This document shows positions 28,161 to 42,646 of a stretch of DNA of 64,000 bases, one piece after another. Each line of letters begins with the position of its first letter. The first letter of the stretch is position 1. Origin of the DNA: the human T2T-CHM13v2.0 reference genome, Homo sapiens. The notes beneath the pieces were generated by a model that saw nothing but the letters and a program-made list of their open reading frames with translations, was not told the origin of the DNA and made no database searches. Location of the stretch: the NCBI RefSeq assembly GCF_009914755.1, contig NC_060929.1; one strand, written 5' to 3'. Made by a program: the position numbers and the translations under genes.

Positions 28161-30869
28161 TGTAGTTTCATGTTCTAAGCCCTGAACGGAAGTATAATTT
28201 TCTGTTTGCCTTTCTAACCTGCTGGCATCAGGCTGCATGCCCAATGAGCAAAAGTTGAAAGACAACAGCCAGGTGCCTGAAGTTGGGTGATTGCCTCTGC
28301 TCCAGAAACCCTTAGAGCAGCACTGACCCTCCCAGCTCCCATGCTTCCCCAGGTACTCTGTGCTCTCCCACAGTGTACCCCCAGGTGCTCCGTGGTTCCT
28401 CCCCACCAATGCTTCCCCAAGTGTTCTGTCTGTGTCCCCACCCAACCCCGCCAACTCTTTCTCTCTCTCTCACTCTCTCTCTCTTTCCTGCCTCCTCATG
28501 CTTCCTTAGGTGTTCTGTGTTCTCTGTCCTGCCCACACCCACCTCAGCCTCGCCTGTAGTTTCAAAGTATTTTCAGAAAGAAAACCCTCATTTTATACCA
28601 TGACTTGGAGAAGAAGAGGAGGCTCTAAACTTGAACTATGTCTTCACATGAATTAAGCGACAGTTCCTTCTTTCAAATGTGCCAGGTTTTGGGGTTTCTA
28701 TTGACCATTGCACAGTAGAATTACAGGGAATTGTTGCCAATAAGGCAGAGTCTTGTGTATAAAGAAAAAATGTCCATGTTATGAGAAGCCAGAATGATCA
28801 CATCTTCCCAGTGTCTAAGCACAATTTAGCAAAGTCTTTATAGAGGCTGGCAGAGTTCCCAAGATGGATGCACAAATGGGGTGTCTTTTCATAAGCTCCT
28901 TACACTGGGAAAAGGAGAAAGCAGATTGCACCACAAGAAGACAGTGAAACAGTTTAGTTAGTGTCAAAGTATGATATGTTGAGACATAAAAAAGGCAGGG
29001 AAGACCCTCGTACTCTCTTAAATCACTATTCCAGGGAGGCAGGAAATGAATGTGTGGAGTTTGTGAACACCCATGAACCAACAGTAGGAAGACAACAGGA
29101 AGAGAACTGCCTTGGACACCAAAATCTTCCCACCAGACCATTTGCTTTCAACAAGCCGCTCCTGATTTAAGGATAGTCAGAAAACCTAAGGACAACTCAC
29201 TTCTCCACCCCCACCCTCCTTTCCTTATTCCCCAGAGATCCAGTTTTGAATTGTGTGACCTCAAAGCACATACATGTTCTATTAATGTCATATTTGCACC
29301 ACACGTCTGCCACCACTAGAGGCATCTTTGTACTTTAAAAGAACAGAGCCTGCCTGTATCTCTTAAGGCTGGAGTTTCAAAGAAGCAATAGGTTAGTTGA
29401 GTTTAAAAATACCAAATAGAGACTTTACACAGCCACTTTCCAGTGCCTTCATCAAGTATCCTTCCCCCGGCCAGTCACTGGTGCTCTTCGTTCCCACGCT
29501 GAGGACAGCGCGGATGGACAATCTTCCTAATGCCACATCCCTGGATGGCCGGGCCACTCTGCAAATATTTTCAGCTCTAAGCCACACATTTTGCTCTGCC
29601 AGGATAAGGCCTGATTCCTTCACTCAGGGAGATCATAATCAAGAGAGAATGAAAATAGGATTCAAGTAAAACATGGCAAGCTCTGTGAAAAAGGCCTAAG
29701 AGCTTCATGAAAATAGTAATCCCCAATAGCACCTTTGTACTCCACGTGTACTCCCAGTGTCTTGCTTGGTGCCTGGTGCATGATAGAGACTTCATAGATA
29801 TTTGGAGAGAGGTGAAGCTAGAGAGAGGAAAAGTGGAAGAAGAGAGAAAAATATGAATAAAAAAAGGACTGAGCCTGTCTTCCCACAGCGGGGAAAAATG
29901 GTGTGTTCTTTATCAATATTGGCCTTCTGGTCACAAGTCCACCTACCCACAGTGAGTTTCCATTTGGGCACTTCAAATACAAGTTTTCATGCCTTGAACC
30001 AAAATCCATTTCTTAGTAGATGAGACTTATAGATGTGCTCTCAGTCAAAACTCTGAGGGAGATCACAGAAAATAGCAAGGTTTCCCTGTTTTGGTTATCA
30101 GCGGAAATGTCGTGCGTGCCGTGGACCATTCTACATGGATGCTGTAAGTTGCAGTCTGGTCACCATGGACTGTGGAAATCTGCAATCCATGCCTAGAAGA
30201 GTCAGCAAGTTAGAACACTTGAAAAACTGTTATTTAAATTTAAGCTTTTTTTCTTTCCAATTTTGGTCACTCAGAATGTGATTTCATATCCAAAAATGAA
30301 ATAGAGGAGTAGCAAATTATCTGAATAATTCATGCCAGAATTACCCAAACACTTTCGTTCTTTGAATACTGTTAATTTGGGACTAGGTAATTGAAGGGTT
30401 CAGGGAGGATTGAATTATCCTGATATTTTTCAGATAAATGCCTCAAGTTAATATTTTACTTGGTACAGACTTAGCTCTAATCATAAGGGGTTTTGTCCTG
30501 CAGAAAGAGTGCTCATTTTAGTGTTTTTGACCACAGCACCTCTTATATTAAAGCAGAAATGCCCATCAAAGTCTAAACTTTATTATCTTTAGACTATGAC
30601 CAAAACCTTCTTTTAAGTGTTCTATTTTAATTTATTGTTAAAGTGATATAGATACTTATAAGAGTAATACTAGCATTATAATAAAGACTGGATGTGCCCT
30701 GTGCCAAACCCACCCCCTTCCCTAGCCTCACTCTTTTGAATCGACCATTCACTTTTCCTTCAGGTGTTTTCTCTAGTATTCTCTATTTCTAAGTAACATG
30801 CTCATACAGATTTTCAGTTTCAAATAGTATCCCTGTTATCTACTGGCATTCTACTATAGAAAATCAAAA

Positions 30870-31300
30870 TGATAGCACTTATAAACACTTATAAAGCACG
30901 TACAGTATCCCAGAGAATATTTCAGGTGCTTTACACATATGTACTATTTTAATCTTCTCAATGACACTATGTGGCAGATACTTTTTTTTTTTTTTAAGAA
31001 ACAGGGTCTTGCTCAGTCACCTAGGCTGCAGTGCAGTCGTGTGATCTTGGCTCACAGCATCCTCTAACTTCTGGGCTCAAGAGATCCTCCCACTTCAGCC
31101 TCCTGAGCAGCTAGAACTACCAGCATGTGCCACCCCACCCAGCCAAGCAGATACTATTATTATCCTAATTTTGCATATTGGAAACTGAGACATAGAATGA
31201 TTACATATCTTGCCCAAGATTACATAGTAATGATGGCAATAAATTGTGGAGCCAGGATTTGAACTCAGTCTGGCTCCTAAATCCGTATTTTTAACAATGA
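30870..31300 (-). mobile_element. MIR interrupted by an Alu monomer (~30982-31145)
   Basis: MIR core on both sides; TSD gcagatact flanks the Alu monomer. Confidence 0.8.
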
Positions 31301-31439
31301 GCCAAATGTGTCTAGCTCCATTTTAGCATCCAACAATCCAACACTGCACCTGTTCTCTCTTGTTCTGTCTCTCTCTTTCCCTCTCTTTCCTATCTCTCAC
31401 ACACGCACCTACACACATGCACACATTCCTGCTTCCTCT

Positions 31440-33310
<1,871 letters not shown>

Positions 33311-34350
33311 TAATTGGAATCTCTCGCACATCTTTTAGCCAACTAGATTTTTCTTTCACCTCTTCCCTTTCCCTTTCTTGCCCATGGACAGCTCTCTAAA
33401 GTTCCAGTTAGAGGAAAAATAAAAATAAGAATTATAACTTTCAGATGATGATGATGATGATCAAATATATTCCAGCACACTGAAAATAGGCTTCATGGTC
33501 TTTGTGAGCAAGCACAATTTTGAGACTCTGGAGCCATGCCTGGGGTTCTCCTGCATCCAAATGTGGTCTCATAATAGCTAGTATCATTACCAGAAAGTGT
33601 TTTTGTCTGGTGTAGCAACAAGAAGTAATTTAGTAATATGTGGCCTTGTCCACCCTCAGAATATAGCTCCTCTCTGAAGATTTTACACCCAGAATGGGAG
33701 TAATACCTCATGAAAATGATTGCACCTACCCAAGGGAAAATTTATTTGAAAAGCAAAGCTGTTCCAAGGCTCGAGTTTGTACTCTTTTCCCGCAGACTTA
33801 GCAGGTATCAAGTACTGAGGGAAAAGGAGCATATTGTTCTTTAGCTTTTTCTTTTTCCCATAGATTTATCTACTTATGATCTTTCAACATGCTATTACTC
33901 AGTAATCACACACCAAAAAGCATTCTTCTTTAAACTTTTAAGGCTCAAGCTTATTGGAGAATAAAAGTGTCACCAGTGAATCTATCTAAATAAAATAAAA
34001 ATATTTTGTTTATACTCAGCCAACAATACTATACTTCCTATCTTGTTTAACTTTGATAAAATTCCCTTGACTGTAAAATGCCTGTATTTCAATCAGTATG
34101 GTTGAGAAATTATTTCCATAGCTGAGTTAAAGAGTGTTTAGTAACTGTGTGTTATTACATGACTATTGCTTTCATTGTTTAAAGAGTAGTTTACATGAAA
34201 AGAGAATAATTTGCGTATTGGAATGAAGTGTTCTTCAGTGTGGTTTGTGTGAGGATAATTTCCATTTTTTGGTGAGCTGTTTAGTGGTATTGTCTTGTAA
34301 CTTGACCATAGTTTTATCTAATTTTGGCCTGTGGTTTCTCTTCTGCTTAG

Positions 34351-34435
34351 GCATAATGACATCAATAGAAAAATGAAGAAATCCTACAGCATAAAGCACA
34401 TTGCTGAGCCAGAGTCAAAAGAACTCTTCTTGTAA
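34351..34435 (+). CDS. SNCAIP: Terminal exon coding part: GCA TAA (34351-34356) ends synphilin-1; alternative frame HNDINRKMKKSYSIKHIAEPESKELFL* (to 34435) ends exon-9A isoforms
   Basis: ttctcttctgcttag|G acceptor; both frames translated by hand. Confidence 0.94.
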
Positions 34436-34915
34436 ATCACTTTTTAAATTTTCTCTCACTGATGCCCTTTGGAAATTATTGGAAATTTCTGGACTATCCT
34501 CTTTGGAAAGAGAACCATGAAAACAATGCCTCACCAGCAGAAGAACAGAATATCAGGATGCCTTAAATTTATAGTAGTAGACTGTAAAAGATTCATTTTG
34601 GGGTGATATCTGTATATATAACTTGTTTTTTTAAAAGATGCCGTTTAAAAGCATGATTGGGAAAATGTATGTTTTTTAAGAGTAGATTGATTCACCCTAC
34701 CCACAGGACATTCACCAAGCCACTGATACCATTTTATATTTCATCAATTGCATGAGTATTTGCTAATGTTGATTGAACCTCCCTTTCCCCATAATGTGGG
34801 CAGATTTGGCTCAGCTCCTTCATGAGATCAGGTCAGTGGTATTGTTTCTGTCAAGAGTGTTTTTTCTGTCATTTCTACTTTTTGTATAAAGGAAATAAAA
34901 CAATGTTAACAGCCA
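34436..34915 (+). other. SNCAIP: SNCAIP 3' UTR (to proximal poly(A) site, end approximate)
   Basis: AU-rich, repeat-free sequence after the stop codons, ending at AATAAA. Confidence 0.75.
34894..34899 (+). terminator. Polyadenylation signal AATAAA (second AATAAA at 35052-35057)
   Basis: Canonical hexamer preceded by a U-rich stretch and TGTA (34883-34886). Confidence 0.75.
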
Positions 34916-35629
34916 CCTATAAGCTTGGGGCACCTACTTTCTAACAAATCTGTGATGTTCTGATTTCTAAGGGACTTTGCAAGTATTTTGATTGCTGATA
35001 TTTGATTTCAGGAACAAACTGCTCAGTTTAGCAGTTTTCCCATAGGCGTCAAATAAAACATTCTATATTTCATTAAGTACTAAAGGATCAGACAAGTATA
35101 TAAAGTAAGTCAGTTCCTTCTGCCTTCTCAAATCTCAGTGTTGACATGGGAAAATATTAAGGAGAACTAAGGATTTAGCCCCTTCTTGGGTCACTTTTTT
35201 CTGCCTCTGACACATTATGAGACCTGTCTAATCCCTTTAGGAGACAGTGTGGAGCCCGAGTTCATAACAGCCCCATTGTTGATGCAACTCCTTCACTCCA
35301 TGTAAGCGGTAAGTTCCAGAAGGCTTCCTCCTATCATGTAAAAATATATTTCTGTTGAAACTTCAAGAGTTTTATTTTCAAAGTGTTGGCATGGCCTATA
35401 AGAGGCCTGTCAAGTTTTAGTTTAAAAGTAGAATGTATTCTTACCAGTAGGAGGGAACACTGTATGCTATTATAGTTAGTAGCAATGTTACTGCAGCCAA
35501 ATCAGTTGAATGTGAACCATTCCTGTATCCTGGTGCAGAGAGCAGATAAAATCACTGAATTAAGAGATAATCTTGCATATGTAGGTCATCTGACAAACTT
35601 GGGCTTGATGAGATGCAATTAGGTATAGA

Positions 35630-35790
35630 ATGAGCTAATAATACCTTAGTGCCTTTTATGTACCAGACACTATTATGTGGCGATGTTACTACTCTCATTT
35701 TATAGATTAGAAAACAAAAGTTTGAAATGTCTTAAGACCTGGTTCCCAGGTAACACTACCAGTAAATCGTATAACTAGGCTTTGGTATGT
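35630..35790 (-). mobile_element. MIR SINE fragment
   Basis: tgtaccagacact...ctcattttatagattagaaaac. Confidence 0.55.
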
Positions 35791-37799
35791 ATTTGCCTAT
35801 TATCCCCACTGCACTAATGAACCTACACTGTGCTGTCTCCCTAGTGCACTGACTGCTGGACTCGCACACAGGAGGCATGAGTTCTGGTGTTGGCTCTTCT
35901 TCTAACAGCCCTTTGATCTCAGGAAAGGGACGTTGCCCTGCCCAAGAAATCTGGAAAGGGCAAGACAGGCCTACATGCACATCGAGGAGAAGTTTCCTTT
36001 CGAACTTACAGAGCAACACATCTGTGAATTTCAGTCCATGTGCTATGTCCTTGTCCGGGTCCTGTGAGTTGCTACTGTTAGAGCCTGGTGCCATGTGTGA
36101 ACCTTCATTTATCACATGGTCTTTTTCTCAAACGAGATGCCCTCGCTCTGATTTATGGCCCCTTGGCCCTATCCACCCACTTTGATTTCTTCCTCATATT
36201 TCACTACTTTGTCCTATTGCTTGAGATTCTAATAGAGAATTTATGGCAAGCACATGTGAAATGTAGACTCCTGTGTTTTCTTTCTGCTTAGTGCAGAGGA
36301 GGTGATGGTGAGGTCACACAGCCCACTTTTGGGATTTGGCCAAAATGAAGCCTCAAAGAAAGAGGACCCAGCGAGTGCTCTCTATGTCTCCCAGAGGTCC
36401 CAGTTTTGTTCTTAAACTGTGTTTTTAAATGTGAAAGATGAAGGGGGCTAGGCAGAGATTTCATAAGCCACATAGAGTTCCCAATTAAACATAGCAAAGA
36501 AAATTTCAAGAGTTTGAAAGAAAGAGATGTTACTTTGACTTAGAAAACCCTGGCAATTCAGTTGTTCAGTGACACTAGCATTTTAGCTTCTGCAGTATGA
36601 GTACAAAAGAGCAAAGAATAAAAAAGGTAAAATAGGGAAGTTGAGCAGATTCAGATCAGCCCAAGAAATCTGGGCTGATAATGCATTCTGTTTAATGATG
36701 CTGCTAGGATACTAAAAATAATGGCCCTTAAATTATACATGTACCTATCTTTACTGTCTAAGTTCCTTATGAAATTGATACATTATGGTTGCTTGAAATT
36801 AGTACAAATGATGTTTTCCTTACAACAAACTTAGTTTTGTCCACCATTTTTTAAATGAAAATACACAAAACTCGTTTATTTTTTTCTAGAAATTGAGAAG
36901 CATTAGCATGTTAAAGAAAGTGAGAGTGCGTTTCCTTTTAGTGAGCAGAGCTTTGAGGCCCCTGTCCCAACTGCCACCCAATGGGCTAGTAAAATGAGTA
37001 AAGCTCTATCTGCATGCCTAATTACATGCAGCAGAGTAGGAAACTCAGCTCCATTGTAAAAAAAACAATCACATCTGTCAGCATCTTTTAAAGACTGGCT
37101 TCTTTTATGTCACTAAAGGGACTTATATTGCCAAAGTTCAACGCAGCAAATTAAGAATGTTTCTTAGAAAAGATAACAAGATACCAAACTGTCACCGCTT
37201 TCAGTGGATTAAATTCCCATTATTTATTCTTGTAAAACAGTATCAAGACTTCAAATCAAATAAGAAAGTTCTAGATGTGCATCACAGGGTTGGAAGTGGG
37301 GATGAGGCTTTCAAAAGATATCTTCAAGTAAGACTGACAATTAATTATTTTTCTCAAAATGAATAATTATAAGCAAAATTATGGTACAGGCTAGAGGAAA
37401 TAATTATAAATATTTAAATAACTCCCTAAAAGACTCCTTGATACAAACTAGATTCAATATTTTTTCTTCAGCAGCCACCTATATCCTTAATGTTGAATTA
37501 AGTTAATAGAGCTAAGTAAGCCTAAGGAACTACTGCAACAGAGTTGGTACCATTGCCCCTCATAAAAAATGGAATTCACGCTTAGCCTATAACTCTCATT
37601 GGTTGATAGGTCTGTCATTATTGTTATGTTATCTCAGTATTATTTCCCTTTATTCTTTAACTATTGCATAGTTTTATGTAACTTTTCAAGCACTTGATTC
37701 CTGTCTCCTAATGAGACCAAAAATTTGTTAATCTCAACAGAATCTTAGTATCACCTCTCACAGATGGTGTTTAGTATCTACTAACAACTTACAGCCATC

Positions 37800-37950
37800 T
37801 TTCTTTTCATTTCCTCCCCAGTCTTCTTCTATTCTCTCCTTGTCCTCCTTTTCTCTCTCTCTTCCTCCTTCCTTCTCTCCCTTACTCTCTCCCCTCCCTC
37901 CCTCTTTGCTGTCATCTTCCCTCCTTTTTTCTCTCTCTCTTCTCTGCCTT
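37800..37950. repeat. Polypyrimidine (CT-rich) low-complexity tract
   Basis: Direct reading. Confidence 0.9.
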
Positions 37951-38295
37951 CTGTTTACAAGATCACTAAACCCTATATATATGGGATCTTCCTTGAAAGA
38001 AACCTGGCAAAGAAATTGCAGTAAGTACACATGTGCTGGACCAGGTTTACAGTGAAAAGCAAGTTGCTTCTCCCTTCTTGCCAGAGCATGTGAGTGGGAC
38101 AAGTGTCCCACATGCTGATATATTCAACACACTGTGATTGAACCCATGCCAAAGAATGAGGCCCTGTGCTAGGCATTCCATTTGAACAAAAAAGACCTGG
38201 AAGTTGGTATCAGCCATAGTAGCAACAAAGATAGATAAGTCTACCAAATTGTGCATTTGGAGAGACTTGTGGAAAAAACTGTTGCAACTGGTCTA

Positions 38296-38520
38296 TAGCA
38301 GTGATTCCCAAATTTTGCTGTACATTATACCACCTAGGGGAGCTCTTAAATATTGGATGCCCAAGCTAAACCCCCAACAAATAAATCCCCTCTCTGTGGT
38401 GGAACCTAGGCCTCAGTATTTGTAAAGAAGAAGACGAAGAAGAAGAAAAAGAAGAAAGAAGGAGGAGGAGGAAAGAAGGAAGAAGGAGAAGAACAAATAT
38501 TAGGATTTCCATATGCAACC
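38296..38520. mobile_element. MER5-like hAT element interrupted by a (GAA)n-rich repeat (38426-38492)
   Basis: tagcagtgattcccaaattttgctgtacatt...cacctagggga; GAA/GGA run. Confidence 0.6.
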
Positions 38521-39637
38521 AGATTTAAGTTAACAATAATTATACATATTCATGGGGTACATAGTAATGTTTGGAACCATATCATTTACAGCGATCAGGT
38601 CATGGTACTTAGTATATCCATCACCTCAAATACTTAACACTTCTTTGTGCAACTAAGTTTTAAAACCAGCACCTTGCTAACTGAAAACGTGGTCAGAACC
38701 CATCAGCATTGGCATCGGCTGGGAGCATGTTGCAATGCAGAATCTTCTGGCATTCACCATGGCTTCCACTTTTAATTTTGTGATTCTGTGAGCTGTCTAT
38801 CAAGAAAATATTTCAGAAGAATAGGCAAAAAATTACCCTGACCTCAAAGAGAAATGAAGAGTAGTATATCCCTAAACCTGGGGTAGAATGTGGAGAAGAA
38901 CCTATTTTGTGTTTTAAGGGAGTGTGTGTAATATGTATACAATTTGAAAATCATGTTCCATGTTGTAATTCACATGTTGGAAATTTTGTAAATCCTAAAG
39001 TTATAGAAAGTGAAACTTCTTTTCTGGAGGGGAGAGGTAGAAGACACAGCAATAATTTTTCAATCCAGGATAGGGTCATTACACTTTTATGTTTAAACAT
39101 AATGTAGCTAGGTTTTCACTTGTTATGAAATATTTCTCTAAATTTCCTAAAATCAATGTTTATAGAAGTCAAATCACCAGAAAACGACTCATTATGCAGT
39201 AGCATAACCAAGACAAAGCACACTCAAAGCAAAGACCAAACCCCACCTCTCAATACCATTTCCTAGCTGCTACTGGAGGGGCTCTTCTTGATAAACCACC
39301 AAGATATATGATATTTTATTACCTTGTTGCTTAGGACACTGTTATATGTCAAACATATTATTTTGTACACACCACACACACACACATGCTGAATGCCTAC
39401 CATGTACACAGCTCTGCCCCAAGTGGTGGAAGTAAATTAGCGATAAATTCATAAGAAATATTTTTGATGAAATGTGGAAAGTCTTAATTAAACAGAATGA
39501 ATCTGAGAAGTACAGTGATCTGTCATGATGTTATACTCATATATGTATTTTATAACTGTATATTTTTTCTGTGGAATTTGTTCTCACAGTTGTTCAGCCA
39601 ATTAGGAACAATGGCAGAAGAATTTAAATTCTATTAT

Positions 39638-40090
39638 TTGTGGTAGAAAATACTAGTTATCTCCTCAATGTCCTTTCTCCCTTTCTTCTGATTAAAAGAA
39701 CACAGTTAAATGTTCCCAGGTAAAATTACTTTCCCAGATGCCATTGAAACTGGGAATGGCCATGTGACTCAATCTGGCCAATGAGAGGGAAGTGGAATTC
39801 GTAGAGTGGGGCTTTAGAGAATCTTGTAGAGGACAAAGCTTACCTGGCACTCATCTTTTGCCCTTTGTACTACTGTGGGATACAGCACTGCTTCTTTAGC
39901 CATAAAGACAAAAGTCAGATTCTTTAAAAAAAAGAAAAAAAGGAAAGATAAGGAACCCAGCTCCTTGTGCAGCTATGTGAGCCCTGAATTGTACATATTA
40001 CTTATTGAGTAAAAAAACTCTCCTAATTGACTAAATCACTGATATCTGTCTTCTGGTAGGAGCAGCCAAATATACAACCTAACTGAAATA
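39638..40090 (+). mobile_element. Old MLT1 LTR
   Basis: tggccatgtgactcaatctggccaatgaga...gcagccaaa...cctaactga. Confidence 0.65.
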
Positions 40091-40249
40091 CTCAATTGAC
40101 AGAATAAAGAATACACCACTGGAATAAAGCAGCATTTCACAAATCATATTCTATTTACCACTAGGACTAGGGGATGTTTGGCTATGCTCCAGGATTAATG
40201 TATATTTTGCTAATTAGTTAGGTAAACAGTGCATACAAAGTCCTGACAT

Positions 40250-40650
40250 ACACTGTGAAGCCCCACCTTCAGAAACAAAGGACATAGTCCCCCAGCTGCT
40301 GGCGGTACTGCTGGCCCAGAGCTTTCAGGTCTTAGCCTTCTCCAGGAACTGCCCTTGGCTGAAGAAAGTCACCTTGCCCAAGAGCACAACCTTTCCCTGG
40401 GCAGCCCATATCCAGTAGTGGTCAATGTGCAGGTATATAGACCCAGCCCCTAACATAACTTTGGACAATCCCAGAAAGCCATCCCAGCTTCAGACCTCCC
40501 CCACGGGTTTGTCCCAACTTCTTCCTCTACCTGACACAGCCTCTTTCTCTTCCGTAATATAGACGTTGATCCCAAGAGCCATCTATAATAAACTTCCTGC
40601 ACATTAATCTCTAGGTCAGAGTCTACTTACCAGGGAATCCAGTCTGTAAT
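40250..40650 (+). mobile_element. ERVL-type solo LTR (LTR33/LTR16-like)
   Basis: Terminal aataaacttcctgcac...tcagagtctacttaccagggaatcc. Confidence 0.6.
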
Positions 40651-41604
40651 GATATATTATCATGTTCATATCTCGAAGAAGTCCCAGAGTACAAAAGAAA
40701 CTTGTTTAATTGGGTTGGGTGCTTAAACTGATTTATAAACCAGAGGTCTTTTAGAATACCTTTCACATCCCCCAGAGTGATTTCTACTAATGTTTAGTTT
40801 AGGATGTGCTGGAATCAATTTTAGGTCATTACACATATATGGAATTTAGACTATTCTAACTATCATGAAAGCCCAATGTCAAATCAAAATGTGTATACCG
40901 GAACAGAGCTATTTAGCCAAATGTCAAAGAAATGCAGCCAAAGTTATATTCTATTTGGATATAATTTTGTGGTCATTATTATTGAAATGTACCATTTCCA
41001 GGGTCCTTCCAAAAGCTATGGGCTCAAATTCATTTCACTGCTGATGGTTAAACTACACCCTAAGTTTCCATAGAAATGTCATCTATAAACTATGGCATTT
41101 ATCAAAAATCAATGTAAGAAATAGTCATATAGAAAAAAGTTTCCATATATTTTTTATAAAACTCTTATTGAAACCATCATATATTTTAAAATTCAATGGC
41201 TCTATAAGGGGCCATAAAATAAATTCCTCTTAGAGTTAGTACTAGAGAAAAAAATGCTTCTATAGGAAAAACTGGCATGCTTCTTTTTATTAGCTAATAA
41301 GAACCTTATATAACTCGTGTTTTCCCTTTTTGTCTTGCTTGCCAGGAAAAGGTCAAAAGCAAAGTTTGCATTTAATCTCAGTAGCAATCCTTAGCCTAGT
41401 TTTTTCTGGTATAACAAGCTGTCTCCAACTCCACCCTCTTCCTTTGTTCTTACATTTTTATCCTGTTTAATGGCTGTAACACACCTATGTCTTCTATTTT
41501 AAAGACCTTCTGAGAATAAGTAGGCTGAAATAAAAATAAATGTTTCCATCGTGTTTTTTCCACCCTACCTTTCTATCTGCCCAATCCTGCCCCTTTGTTT
41601 TATT

Positions 41605-41679
41605 TATTAGGTTGGTGCAAACATAATTGCCATTACCTTTAATGGCAAAAACTGCAATTATGTTTGCAGCAACCTAATA
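41605..41679. mobile_element. MADE1 (Hsmar1-derived MITE), palindromic
   Basis: TA-flanked ttaggttggtgcaaa ... tttgcagcaacctaa. Confidence 0.92.
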
Positions 41680-41979
41680 ACTGATGTTGAAGTCCACACC
41701 AATTGTGTGTGCAAGGCAGTGCTGATTCAAAGTGTAAGACAATTGTTATCTTCAAGTTGCTTACTGTCTGTGGACGCTGGGAGAAATCACATACGCAAAT
41801 ATATAAAGTGCAAGACAAAAAACAATATGTGTGGAGGGACTCAATGTAGCTGAGAGGAGGGAGAAACCACTTTTGGTTTGGCTGAGGCCAAGCAGGTGCC
41901 CTGTAAGGTTTGCATTTAATAGAGGCTGACCAATATATACTCAGATGCAGTGACTGGCTGCCCATGTCCACATGTAATG

Positions 41980-42646
41980 TGATTAAGTGTCAAAATGAGA
42001 ATCACAGATAGGAGCATAGTACTACATGTTCACAGCCAAATGTCCTTACTGGTAGCTTGTCAAGCTCAGAGAATCTTGGAAAAGAGTCAAACAGCCCTTA
42101 ATATTTTCCAACCTACAGACAGGTGGGCAGAGATTCAAAAGGGAGTTCTCTGTTTAATTCGTCTCCTTGCTCTGACCCAGATCCAGGGCCTTAGTCCTAG
42201 ATCCTGAGAGTCCCTCTAAGGAGCACTCCACGTCAATGCAATGTACCCCTCCTTGTGGCAGCCCTGAATTACCCCGCTAAGAGCTCTCTGCAAGAAAGCC
42301 TGCTGTAGGGACACCTTCAGCTCTATTGTGCGCTCACCCCAAGGCCAGTGACTGAGCACAGCAGAGGGATGACAGCCAGGGCATATCCTCCCACCCTGAG
42401 ACTCTTCCAAGGGCAAACTGTGGTCTGGGACTCCCCTTGACCTGGCTAAATTTTTTTCTGAATGTGTTGCAGTCTAGAGCTCTTCCTACCCCATCCTCCT
42501 TCCGAGCCACTCTCACAGTATCAGAAAGACGTTGCTGCCTACACCTGCGCCCTCCTCCTTTATCCTTCAGAGGCAAGGCCCGTAATAAATCTCTTGCACA
42601 TCTAGTCCCATTTGGAGGGCTGCTTCTCAGACCGCCTGAACTGACA
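41980..42646 (+). mobile_element. ERVL-type solo LTR (LTR41-like)
   Basis: Terminal aataaatctcttgcacatctagtccca...gctgcttctcaga...gaactgacac; 5' boundary uncertain. Confidence 0.5.
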
